A stretch of 64,000 nt of DNA from assembly GCF_009914755.1 (NCBI RefSeq), contig NC_060947.1; one strand, written 5' to 3'. The notes under the pieces are model-generated. The model was not told the origin of the DNA. It made no database searches and was given only the letters and a program-made list of their open reading frames with translations. The DNA comes from the human T2T-CHM13v2.0 reference genome, Homo sapiens. Within the stretch, counting starts at the first letter, position 1, and the number at the start of each line of letters is the position of its first letter. Position numbers and translations under genes: made by a program. Below, in pieces: positions 1 to 13,305 of the stretch.

Positions 1-1082
1 AGATATGTGGAGACATCTGCAGATAACTAAAGTATCTAGTGTAAGAAGAAAAATATTCTTCTTGATTCTAAAATGTTATTTCATGTTGGCATGATGTGTT
101 AGTACTGCAAATAACTGGTGGTACCTAGGGAATGAGTAAACTGGAGATCACTTGTGATATGTAGAATAATTAGTGGAATCCAGAGAATTACCTCATTTCT
201 TGTTGGAATGATGGGTTAGTATTAGAAATAACTAGGTATCCCTTGTGAAATATACAATTAGAAATAAGTAGAGAGAAGCAGAAAAACTTGTAGAAACCCA
301 GACCCTGGAAACACATTTTTTCAAATCTAAATTCTTTTTACTTGTGGAATAATGAGTGAATGGTATGGTTATGCAGTGGTACCTAGGTAATTGGACACAA
401 CCAGAGTAAACGTTTGACAGCAGGAATGTAACAAAGAATTAAAAAAGATTATTTATGAAAATTAATATTATTAACATAAAAATAAATTAATAATGAGCAA
501 TACCATAAAACAAGAAGTAAGTATCACAAACAAGAATACAAACATTATTTGGAAATCTGACTTTTATTTTTTTGTAATAGAGTGTTAGTATTATTGATAA
601 GTAGTGGTATCTATTTATTTAGAGGTAATGACTTAACTCAGTCAAGTAGACACATAAAATTAACCACCACAGTATGTAACTAGTTTAGTAGGGATAGTTA
701 GAGATAACCCGGAAATCTATTTGAATTCAGAAGTTGAAAAACCATTCGTCACACCCCTAATTCTTATCTCATATAGGAATACATATTTAGTACTATGGTT
801 AACTACTGGTCACAAGATTACTAGTTAACTACAGAGAACTGGTTGGAGCTAGAAGGTGGAAACCACAATCCTCACAACTGGGAATTCTTGATTAGAGTTC
901 CCTCTAATTAACTATACTACTGATACATTATTTCAACCAGAATTAAGAATTTCATGCTGAGTAGATTATGGTTCCACTTTTTAGCTTCAGCCAGTTATCT
1001 GTAGTTAACTAGCTAAGCTGTTACTACTAATTATCCATAGTAACAAATCCTTATTCAAACAGGAGATTAAGATTTAGGGTGG

Positions 1083-1360
1083 TAATCCCAGCACTTATGG
1101 AGGCCAAGGCAGGTGAATTGCTTGAGCCCAGGAGTTCGAGACCAGCATTGGGCAAACAGTGAGACCTCGTCTCTATAAAAAAATTTTTTTTAATTCGCCG
1201 GGCATAGTGGCTCCTGCCTGTCATCCCAGCTCCTCAAGAGACTGAGGTAGGAGGATGGCTTGAGCATGGGGAGTGGAGGTGGCAGTGAGCCGAGATGTTG
1301 CCAGTACACTCCAGCCTGGGCAACGGAGTGAGACTCTGTTTCAAAACCAACAAGCAAACC
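1083..1360 (+). mobile_element. Old Alu (AluJ-like), 5'-truncated
   Basis: Alu dimer sequence; TSD AGATTTAGGGTGGTA on both sides. Confidence 0.85.
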
Positions 1361-1593
1361 AAGATTTAGGGTGGTATGAAACAGTTTTTCAACTTCCAGA
1401 TTCAAGCAGATTTTCTGGTTATTTCTGGCTATCCCTAGTAAAGTAGTTACCTCGCTACCAGTATTTGTCTATAGCACTAATACATGTTGCAAATATTAAA
1501 TTTAGTGTTGAGAAAAAATGTTTTTTCATTTTCCTGCCTTCAAATTATCGTTCTAGGTATATCTAATTATCTCTAATTAAATAAATAAATAGA

Positions 1594-2284
1594 TATTATT
1601 CCCAGAATCGAGCCGGGTTTGGCTGCGTTTTCTTGTGGCCCAATAAGGACAAACAGACAAATTAGGAAAGAAGGGAATTTATTGCTGTAACCGGATACAG
1701 GGAGAAGGTCAGAGATATTCCACCAGACCAACTCAAAGCGTTAAAATTTTCTTAGTGCTTACATAGGTTGGGGTTATGTGCCTATGTGCAGTATAGCATT
1801 TGCCTAAGTCTGTAGGTAACTAATTTTGTTTCAACTAGGTCAGAGGCAAAAAAATGCTTGCTAAGTCCGAGTATGCTGTGAGGGGCCCAGTGCCTTCAAG
1901 GCATGTCTATTGTGGTACTGGAGTGATTATTTCTGTCTTATCTCCTTTATAACTTGGCCCGGAGTACTGTCTTAGACTCTCCAATAAATCTGTTTGAACA
2001 GCTGCCTCTGTTACCTTGACTCGTCTCAGATTTCATCGACCCAAGACAGATCCTGGCACTAGGAATTTAAGGCTGTCTGCATTATTTTGACTTGCTCCAG
2101 GTTAGGGACAAGCTTATGCAAGGCTCCTACTGACCATGTGTTTCATTTCTAGCTTTGATGTCTGGACACCGATTTCCCTAGATTTAACTATTTGCTCAAT
2201 GTTAAGGCAGCTCTGTGGAAATTTATGTAACTGAAGTGTTATGCAGGCCTGTGTGTGATTGTCAGGGAGAATTGGCCTGCCACA
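1594..2284 (-). mobile_element. Solo LTR (ERVL-class, LTR47/LTR62-like; family uncertain)
   Basis: Minus strand begins TGTGGCAGGCCAATTCTCCC; near-TSD ATAGA/ATAGC (5 bp); interrupts the AT-rich array. Confidence 0.6.
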
Positions 2285-2908
2285 ATAGCACTATGTATCA
2301 ATAATATTACCTCATTGTTATTTTAAAATAAATGAAAGAATTAAAAACAAGTCTTTACTAACTTCCTGGTGTCGTATATTCATTCTGGTTATTTCTCTTC
2401 ACCTTTATTTAACTGATTACCTATGTAACACTAGATACCTGCACTACTCACTCATTATTCCACTATAGTAAGAAATTAGCTTTGACAAAAATGTGTTTTT
2501 TCAATTTTGGGCTACTATGTACTTCTCTATTTAACTGTACTTATGTCTAGGTACTCCCAGATATCTGTAGTATTAACTCCTTATTCCAACAAGAAATTAG
2601 AAAGTAGACTTGAGAAAATGTTTCTCATCTTCCTGCATTCAAATAATTATTCCACTTTTCACAAGCTATCAGTTTGCTTTTTCCCTAGCTACCATGACTT
2701 ACATGTAGTATTAACACATTATGCCAACAAGAAACGTGATGTCAGAATTGGGAAGAATGCTTTTTAGCTTCCTGGCTCATACTAGTCATTCTAGTTACCT
2801 CCAGTTATCCCTAGATACCTACTTTTTTAGGTATCACTACTTTTCTATAATTCTAAAGCAACAGTCCACCAAAGAATAAGGATCTAGTATATAAGACTGT
2901 GCGTTTCA

Positions 2909-3990
2909 GGCAAACTAAAATACACAAATGGGACTTCATTAAACTAAAAAGCTTCTGCACAGCAAAAGAAATAATCAACGGACTGAAGAGACAACCTGTT
3001 GAATGAGAGAAAATATGTGCAAACTGTTCATCTGACAGGGGACTAATATGCAGAATATACAGGGAACTCAAACAACTCAAGTGGAAAAACCCACAAATAA
3101 TCTCATTTAAAGGTGGGCCAAAAACATGAATAGACATTTCTCAAAAGAAGACATACAAAAGGTATACGAAAAACTGCTCGAATTCGTTAATCATCAGAGA
3201 AATGCAAATGAAAACCACAATGAGATATTATCTTATGCCACTCAGAATAGCTATTATTAAAATGACAATAAATAACAGATGTTACTGAGTATGCAGAAAA
3301 AAGGTAAGTCTTATACAGTGTTGGTGGGCATGTAAACTAGTATAGCCACTATGAATGACAGTGTAGTGATTTCTCAAAAAACTAAAAATAGAATTACCAT
3401 TCGATCCAGCAATCCCAACACTGGGTCTACCCAAAGGGAAAGAAATCAATATATCAAAGGGATACCTTCATTCGCATGTTTATTGCAGCACTATTCACAA
3501 TAGCAAAGATACGGAAGCAACTTGTGCTCATCAACAGCTGAATGGATAAAGAAAATGTGGTACATATATTCCACAGTGGAATAGTATTCAACCACAAAAA
3601 AGAATGAAATCATGCCATTTGCAGCAACATGGATGGAACTGCAGGTCATTACCTTAAGGGAAATAAACCAGGCACAAAAACACAAGTATCACATGATCTC
3701 ACTTATATGTGGGAGCTAAAAAATGTGGACACATGGAGGTAGAGAGTGGAAAAATAGATAACATAGAATGGAAAGAGTGGAGGGAGGGGGGATGATGAAG
3801 AGAAGTCGGTGGAAGGGTGCAAACATATGGTAAGATACAAGGAATAAATTCAATGTCTGATAGCAGAGTAGGGTGAATATACTTAACAAAAATATACTTG
3901 GGTGAGGGATACCCTAATACCCTGACTTGACACTATGCATTAAATACATGCAACCAAATTTATTCTGTATCCCCTAAACTGGTACAAGTA
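2909..3990 (+). mobile_element. L1 3' fragment (ORF2 end + 3'UTR, L1MA/L1PB-like) followed by Alu monomer 3998-4108
   Basis: Typical L1 motifs AAACTAAAAAGCTTCTGCACAGCAAAAG and ATTGCAGCACTATTCACAATAGC; flanking near-TSD AAGACTGTGCGTTTCA / AAAACTGTGCATTTCA. Confidence 0.85.
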
Positions 3991-4247
3991 CACATGTCTC
4001 ACGCCTGTAATCCAAGGTACTCAGGAGGCTGAGGCAGGAGGATTGGTTGGGTCCAGGAGTTCAAGACCAACTTGGGCAACACTGTCTCTAGAAAAGAAAA
4101 AAAAAAAACTGTGCATTTCAATTTTGACCACAAACGCATGTTCCAACTATCTTTAGTTACCTCTAGTAACCTCGTTGAATAAGTATCACCAGCTATCCAT
4201 AGTATTAGCTGATTATGATAACAAGAAACCAGAGGTTAGAGTGGTAA

Positions 4248-4585
<338 letters not shown>

Positions 4586-5379
4586 CGCCTTCAAATATTT
4601 TTTCTAATTACTTCTACTTAATTCAAATTTACTAGCGACCTACATACCACCAGATATCTGTAGTACAAACTCATTTTATCAAGGAAAGATAAGAATTTCG
4701 TCTTGTCGAGGATTGCTTTCCAGGTTCCAGGCTTCTCTGAGGTTTTCTAGTTATTTCTAGTTATCTCCAGTTCAGTAGTTACCATGTACTCCTGCTTATA
4801 TAGAACTAACTCATTATGCTAACAAGAAATAAGAAGTTGGTTATAGGAAGACGTTGTTCTCCACTCTCTGGCTTTATCTGTTATTGACATTTTACAGGTG
4901 TGACATTATTGAGTCACAGAGACGTTAAGTAACCTGGTCAAAGTCACCCACTTGGGAAATGTCCAGCGCTGGGATTTGAACCTATCTTGAGTACTATCCG
5001 TGATACAGAGGATGTTTGTTATCATGCTATATGCTATAATTTTCTTTTGTAATTAGTAGCTGTAATTATCGCTATTTAACTAGTTTCCTGTGTTCAAGCA
5101 GTTATCTCTAGGACTAACTGATTCCAACAACAGACAAAAATGTAGTGTTGAGGAGAATGGTTAACTTCCTGAATTCAACCACTTTTCTTCAGCATCCTGG
5201 TTTAAACTTCTTATTCTAGATAATCTCATTTATCCCTCGGTTACTAATGAGGGAGGTACCACTAGATATCTATGGCACTAATTCGATATTCAAACAAGTG
5301 AAGGAAATTTTGAGCTGAATGATACTTTATTTCTGTTTATCTCTAGTTAACTAATTACAAAAGAATAATAATTATAGCA

Positions 5380-5830
5380 TAATAGCAAACGTTATTGAGC
5401 ACATCCTCTGTGTCAGGGATGGTACTGAGGATGGGTTCAAATCTCAGCTTTGGACATTTTCCAAGTGAGTGACTTTAAGCGGGGTACTTAACATCCAGGT
5501 GACTCAATAACACTACCTATAAAATGACAATAATAGCACATCAATATGTACCAGTTTGTTAAGAGGATTACATGTGTTCATATAAACAAATCACTTAGAT
5601 CATTGCCTAGAACACAGTAAGAACCAGGTAAGTGTGAGCTACCATTAGTATCATCTCAATTAATCTCCACAACAGCTCCATGAGGTAGGTATTATTATAA
5701 CAGGTTTTACAGATGAGAAAAATGAAGCACAGGGAGAAAAAACCACTCCCCAGGTTAGCTAGGTAGCAAATGTCAAGCAAAGCCATGATGCAGATGCCAG
5801 CAGTCTAACTCCAGGGTCCCTGCCCTCATA
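5380..5830. mobile_element. MIR fragments (also 4895-5040; paralogs in B and C)
   Basis: MIR core TTTTACAGATGAGAAAA and GAGGATTA-type motifs. Confidence 0.6.
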
Positions 5831-6544
5831 AATCTAGGACATCAAACTCATCATTTGGGCCTATTTTTGCTTGGATGATGCTCAATTACGTACAAAACAT
5901 TTGCAAGAAGTGACTCAATTTAACTAAAAATTTTAAGTGAATACTAATTGATTGGTGGCCCGGTAGGTAACACTCACCGAAGGGGCACAGAAATGACTAC
6001 TGAAGCTTAGAAAGCACTGAAGCAAGTCATGGAAATCTCTCAGACACCACACAACTCCAATTCTGACAGATGTCCTAGCTGGGCTAAGGCACACCATGAT
6101 TAAAATCATTGTAGGTCTCTCACATAGTAACTGATCCCAGGCCAAATTTCATCTCAGAGTGTCTGGCCACGAGAAGGGTGAGGTCTACAGAACCCTGCAA
6201 GCGGCAGCCTGAGGAGGAGACGTCTTGGTTAATGTCAGGGAGAGTCTGTGGGGGTGAAATTCCTTGACAGCATTTTCAGAGTGAATTGTTCAACCAACCA
6301 TCTTGTAGCTGGTTTCCTCTCTATCCTCCTGGAACAGGAGAAAGGAGAGACTTACCTGTCTAGCACAGTGGGCGAAGTGAGTGGGTGTACCTTTATGGGC
6401 CTATGAAAATGGTTTATTTTATTAAATGGGTCTGATGGCAATGGTGTTTATCATGGCAAAAAAAAAAAAAAGGATAAATAATCCCAATATTCAGGAAACC
6501 AACTCATTCCAAGGAACAATTCTTATTTTTAATTAATTAATTAA

Positions 6545-6975
6545 TTAATTAATTTTTATTTATTTATTTTTTTAGAGCCAGGGTTTCATTGAGTCACCCA
6601 CGCTGGAGTGCAGTGGTGTGATCATAGCTCACTGCAGCCTCCAATGCCTGGGGTTAAGCGATCCCCCCACCTCAGCCTCCTGAATAGCTTGCACGACAGC
6701 GCATGACACCATGCCCAACTATTTTGTTTTTTATTTTTTTAGAGATGGGTTTTTTTCTATTTTGCTCAGGTTGGTCTCAAACTCCTGGTCTCAAGCGATT
6801 CTCCCGCCGAAGCCACAGGAGGAGCTAGTATTTACAGGCGCGCACAACCGAGCCCAGAATCGTACGGGGGCACGATTTTTAAATTTTTTTGTTTTGAAAT
6901 ACAGGGTCTCGCTCTGTCGCCCAGGCTGGAGTGCAGTGGCTGGAGTGCAGTGGCGTTATCATAGTTCACTATAAC
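6545..6975 (-). mobile_element. Old Alu plus Alu monomer fragment, shared by A, B and C
   Basis: Diverged Alu at the same position upstream of all three copies (B 18500-19450, C 33890-34310). Confidence 0.8.
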
Positions 6976-7699
6976 CCACATCCTGCATCGTCCTGAGGCA
7001 CACTTCTTAAGGGAAAAACATAGAGGTCCCAATCGGCCCTGGCTCTTTTTTATTTGACATTTATCAGTAGGGAGCAAAAGGTCAGAATGATAGTTCTAGA
7101 CAAAGAGTAGGAAATGAGAAGCAGGAGGAGGAGGATGGGTAACAGAAGTGGGTGAGGATGGAGGGAAGACGGGAGCTAACCCAAGTCCCCAGCGCCTGCC
7201 CAGCACAGTGAACACTGGCACTTCTGCAGAGGGCTTGCAACCTAAGGCGCCAGAGCCCAGCATAGCTTAGCAGACATTGCATGCTCCACAGTCGCGTCTA
7301 GCGCCAAAGGAAGGGCCACTTGCAGTGTAAGCCTTCTGGGATGCACTAAACACCAGGCAGGGTTCTATGTGTACTCTGACGTGGAGTACCTGGAGCTTTT
7401 GCAAGGGGCGTGTTAGGTTTCTTGCAACTTGCACCTGAGCATCCAGAGTGCTCTGCAAATCCCAGCCCCAAACTTCTGCTTCCACAGATCTCCTGGAGAG
7501 CGTGGCGCACTCAACTTTCTGGACATTGCTGCAAAAACCTAGCATGCAGCCTCTGACTTCATCATTTCATCTTAATTACGGTCCGATTCGCGGACTTTGG
7601 GTGGGAACAGACCAGAGCTAGAGAGACTCATCCATTAGTTACTAACTACCCAGAGGGGAGAGCAGTGCTGGCAGTCCAAATTGCAAGGTGCGCTGCCTT

Positions 7700-8900
7700 C
7701 AGCGTGCGGCGTCTTCGCCCTGGAGAAGCATTACGCTGGCCCGCCTGCCTCCAGGGCCACACGGAAACGTGTTCTGCAAACTTTCTCCAAGGGCTCGGGG
7801 GCTAGATTGTGTCTCGCTCCGCTGCCTCTCCCCCTGCCTCAATTTCGACTCCTGCCAGACAGCTCAGCCCCTCCCTCTGGCAGTCACCCCGCCCGGAGTG
7901 GGAGTGGTCAACGAAGCTGCAAAATGGATCGCAAGTCCCCACACACGTCCGACCCCTCCCCGCGCCCTGACCACGAACGCATCCCTGACTTAACCGCCAC
8001 ACTCGGGCCGTGAGCGCCTGCCAGCAGGGCCTTCCGCCACACACACACACACACACACCGCAAGCAGCGGCGACCAGGGCAGGAGCCCACTCCCCGCCAC
8101 CTGCAGGCGTCGGACCCGAAGTCCACGAGCCGGAACTCAGAGCAGGAGCCGAAGGACCCCAGCGCAGAATCCGTGGAGGCGCACGGCTTCATCCACCGCG
8201 CTCCCAGATGGGGTCCCAGCCCAGATCCGGCCACGAAGACACAGGCAACCCCGGCCTGGGTTTCCTGTTCCATGAGCTCCAGGAAGGCGACAGTCAGTGC
8301 TTGTCTGGGGACCCGGACCGGTGCTTTGGGGAACTCCCCCGGAGGGAGAGAGTTTGGGGAACTCTCCCGAGAAGGGAACTTTCCCGGAGAGGGGGGCGTG
8401 GACCGGACGCTGCTGCGCCTCCTCTCTCAGGCCGCGGTTCTATGCTGCCCTGTGCCCGCGCCAAACGCCCTGATCTCTCTCTGTCTCCTCTCTCAATCTC
8501 TCTTTGCCTTTCCTCCTTTCCAGATGCGAAGGCTGTAGGGACTTTGGTGACTGAAGCTGGAGGAGACGAGGAGAAGAAAATACGGTCCAAACCCGAGCAG
8601 GGAGCTGGAGCAGAAGAAGAAAGTCACTTCTGTGCGGGAGCTGCCGACCCCACGATCAAGGATAACCAGAAGCGCGGCGGTGGCGACCAGGAGCCCTCGC
8701 AGCAGCAGCCTGAGGCTTCCAGCCCAGGACTCCTCCGCGGAGGAGCCACAACCCCAATATTAGCGGCGTCTCTTCAGCCCCAGTGCGTTCAGCAGGTTGC
8801 ACCTGAAGGAGCTAGACAGCATTTTCCCACGCTCTGAATATCTCGACGTGTTCGCTCGGTAAGCGGCTTGCTCTGGAGCTTCCCAGTTCCCAGGACTCTG
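7700..8900 (+). promoter_or_regulatory. CpG-rich promoter/5' region of copy A with (CA)n at ~8038-8058
   Basis: Dense CpG, GC-box-like motifs and a CA microsatellite upstream of the ATG; paralogous in B and C. Confidence 0.65.
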
Positions 8901-9739
8901 GGGCTCTTCCCTGGACGCCTTTGGCTCTACCCATGTCTCTTTACCAGGCTCCAGTGCCAAGAGCTATTTAGGGGGCTCAAGGCCACTGGCTCAGGGCCGC
9001 TCTTGAGCTGTGGGATGCGGGCGATAGCAACTGGGCATCAAGGTATTTTTCAAGCAGTATAGATACGAATCAAGTTAAATATTTGCATTAAAATTATTAA
9101 TCTTCGGGCTGGTGCTGTGGCTCATGCCTGTAATCCGAGCGCTCTGGGAGGGCAAGTCAGGAGGATCACTTGAGTCCAGGCGTTCAGGGCCAGGCTGACC
9201 AATATACTGAGACTTCATCTCTACAAAAAATTTTGTAAAATTAGCTGGGCATATTAGCAGCACGCACCCGTAATCCAAGGTGCTCTGGAGGATCGCTTGA
9301 GCCCAGAGTTCAAGGCTTCAGTGAACTGTGATCCGGCCACTGCCTTCCAGCCTGTGCTACAGAGCTAGACCCTGTCTCTAAAATTAGATACATAGATAAA
9401 TTACATGAATAGATGACAGATAGATAGAGATAGAAAAATCTTGAATCCTAAGTGTTTTAGCCCTCTCTGAAATTCTGCACACAAAGGAAAACAATCCCCT
9501 ACCTAATGCAAGCCTGGGGCTATTTTTAGGTATCACAGAAAAATGTGCAGGAGCAGTTGGGAGGCTAGACATTTTCAAACTGGTATGAAATGTTCATAGG
9601 TGTATTTCGTTTCATCCACAATTCCAAATACTGAATTTTTGTAGTTTTCTTTCCCAGAAAGCAGCTTGCAATCTGCATGGATGTGAGTGAAGCCGAAGTG
9701 GAAGCCAGTAAGCCTGATGAAAGCAATTGGTCAGAGTAG
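8208..9739 (+). pseudogene. RHOX/ESX1-like paired-class homeobox relic, copy A (RHOXF1P-type); exons 8208-8292, 8524-8858, 9658-9703(+33 nt to TAG 9737-9739)
   Basis: ATG 8208; donors GTCAGT (8293) and GTAAGC (8859); pyrimidine-rich CAG acceptors ending 8523 and 9657. Translation resembles ESX1/RHOXF N-termini (RSKPEQG, GGGDQEP..QQQ) and homeodomain helices 1-2 (AFSRLHLKELDSIFPRSEYLDVFAR|KQLAICMDVSEAEVE). The 46-nt middle homeobox exon is typical of RHOX/ESX1. Lesions relative to B/C: +1 nt near 8716-8722 and TAG at 8761-8763. Confidence 0.9.
9107..9382 (+). mobile_element. AluJ-like in intron 2, shared by all copies
   Basis: Orthologous diverged Alu at B 15580-16183 and C 31200-31478. Confidence 0.85.
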
Positions 9740-10908
9740 CCACTCTCTGAAACCTGCCTCAGTCCTTGAATACCTTTGTCCTACACATTCTCCAATTGGC
9801 CTGTTTTTGTTGCCTTTTCTATGTTTGCCAAGTGAGTTTTGAACTTTAGCGGGGGAATAATGGGATACATAAACCTTAGCCTATGGAAATTTCCCATTAC
9901 CAGAGGGAATATGCTTTCTAATGCGAAACAGAACTAAACTGTTACTTCTATTTCCTGTACAAGGTTAAGTGTAAATAAAGTTCCATTCCTTCTAACAATG
10001 GTATCCTTTAGAGAACACTTCTGTGTGGAGTTATGTTGGGACTGAGTCTGACTTGAGGAGTTTGCAAATTAATGCACCAAGGACCCATATTGTGAGAAGG
10101 TTCAACTGTATTTAAAATATTTAAACCAGGCTATGTTCTTAGCTAAATGACCAAATTTATAAATATTCAGGCATTGGGATAAGGGAATAAGTTACATACA
10201 GAAAGAACACATTATATGAGTAATTAATGTATGTTTAGTTTCACTGAGACTTATGGGGAGGACATAGCTTAAAAGTCCAAGTGCCTGGTAGTCCTGCTGT
10301 TGTTTTTAAGGGTCTGATGAAGCCATGTAGAAAGTGGCAGCCCGCAATTTTGATTTTCTCCAATACTTTTATTTGTAAGCCGGAATACACTGCTAATATA
10401 CTTGCATTACACTGGGGGTGTGGGGGGGCAGGTTTGCAAACAGGAAATTTGTTTAAAAATTGGAATAAAAAAGAACAATTTTGAAAAAGTTTTCACTTAA
10501 CTAAGAAGGGTGAAAAGGTTAAAGAAAAATTGCATACACTCAAATATATACCTTGAAGGTATGGCACAAATGGAGCTCTATGAGGGAATATTCTCTTTAG
10601 GAATTTCTGACAACTAAGAAGTTTTTTTTATGTTACTGTTTTAAACTGGTGGGTTTTATGTAATTTGTTTGGTGGTGGGGTGGGGCACGCTCAATTTAGA
10701 CCAGGTTCTTACCTGTGCTAATTTGAAATGGTTTTTCATTTTCCCAGGCAGTGGTGATTAATTTGTAAGTCATGAGATCAAGAAATTACTAAGATTACTT
10801 CAGTATTATTGACTGAGTATATTTTCAAAACAAAGAGAAAATCCAGGATTAGGTTATGAGCAGTGCTGTGCAGTTCATGTGAGTGCAGTGATGGGCCCCC
10901 CATGACTA

Positions 10909-11266
<358 letters not shown>

Positions 11267-12023
11267 TTTCAGAGGATGAATGGCCCCTTAGGCATCCTTT
11301 ACGAAACCTGATTAAAGATCCAGCCTGCTCCTATTGATGTAGTTACTTCAGACTGAAGATGGGCTTTTCAAACGGGGTTGCAGTGTGTAAAGATCCGGCC
11401 ATTGCACTCCAGCCTGGGTGACAGAGTGAGACTCCGTCTCAAAAACCACAACAAAAAAGAAACTTTAGAAAGCAAAACCCCCAATTTTTTTGATTACTAT
11501 AGAATGCAGAAGCTCCTGGACTCTTCCCGAGATTGTGTTCATAACTTTTCAGCTGAAACTAACATCTGTGAAGACCATCTATCTTGGGTGAACCTATTTT
11601 CTGGTAACCAGTGTTAAATATTTTTTAATAAATAAAAATTTTAAACTTGTATTAGAACAGTTAATTTCTCGTCTTTGCCTTTTTTCCTTTTTTAATATGT
11701 TTTTAAAATCCCTTTTGAGAGATGAGATCTGAATATGTTGCCCAGACTGGTTTTGAACTCCTGAGCTCAAACAATCCTCTCACCTCGGTTTCCAGAAGTG
11801 CCGGGATTACAGGCCTGGGCGATCACACCTGGCCTGGTTGTTGCCTTTGCAATATTTGAAGTACATTTTAAAATACATGCGTTTTGTGGGATTACTTTTA
11901 AAAGAACTCTCTGTTTTGAAATTTAGATTGAGTGGAAACTATTATCTAAAGCATTATTTTTTACTATTTCCTCTGCCCCACGCCTTAGTTCTTCTGGAAC
12001 TTTGAAGAACTAGAGAGACATTA

Positions 12024-12379
<356 letters not shown>

Positions 12380-12676
12380 TCACTATTCTTTTCCTGAGCA
12401 TGAAAAAAATGTTCTGTTAGTGTGTGTCAAATTGAATGTTAGTGTTTACTGCATGATTTGTGTGGAGTATTTCTTTGGCTTCCAATTGCAATATGGCAAA
12501 ACCATGTGCTCAACTGGGACAAAGGCTAGAAGAGGTCAGAACTCGGTCTGATGGTGTCCTGTGGCTTTTATTTCTATAGATTCTGTAGTTCTGTTTAGAG
12601 GGTACCTACAGCATTGAGGAAGCTGATGTTTAAAAAGAACAGGTGCCACCTTGGGAAATAAGAAATGTTGGTTTCT

Positions 12677-13305
<629 letters not shown>

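Noticed and set aside
8010-8837. 275-aa ORF as a single-exon gene
   Set aside because: It starts at GTG and runs through a CA repeat, intron 1 and a frameshift; better explained as the spliced homeobox relic from ATG 8208.
10748-10770. Possible micro-exon (TTTTCCCAG|GCAGTGGTGATTAATTT|GTAAGT)
   Set aside because: 17 nt, no homeodomain similarity, donor is GTAGGT in B/C, and no transcript evidence.
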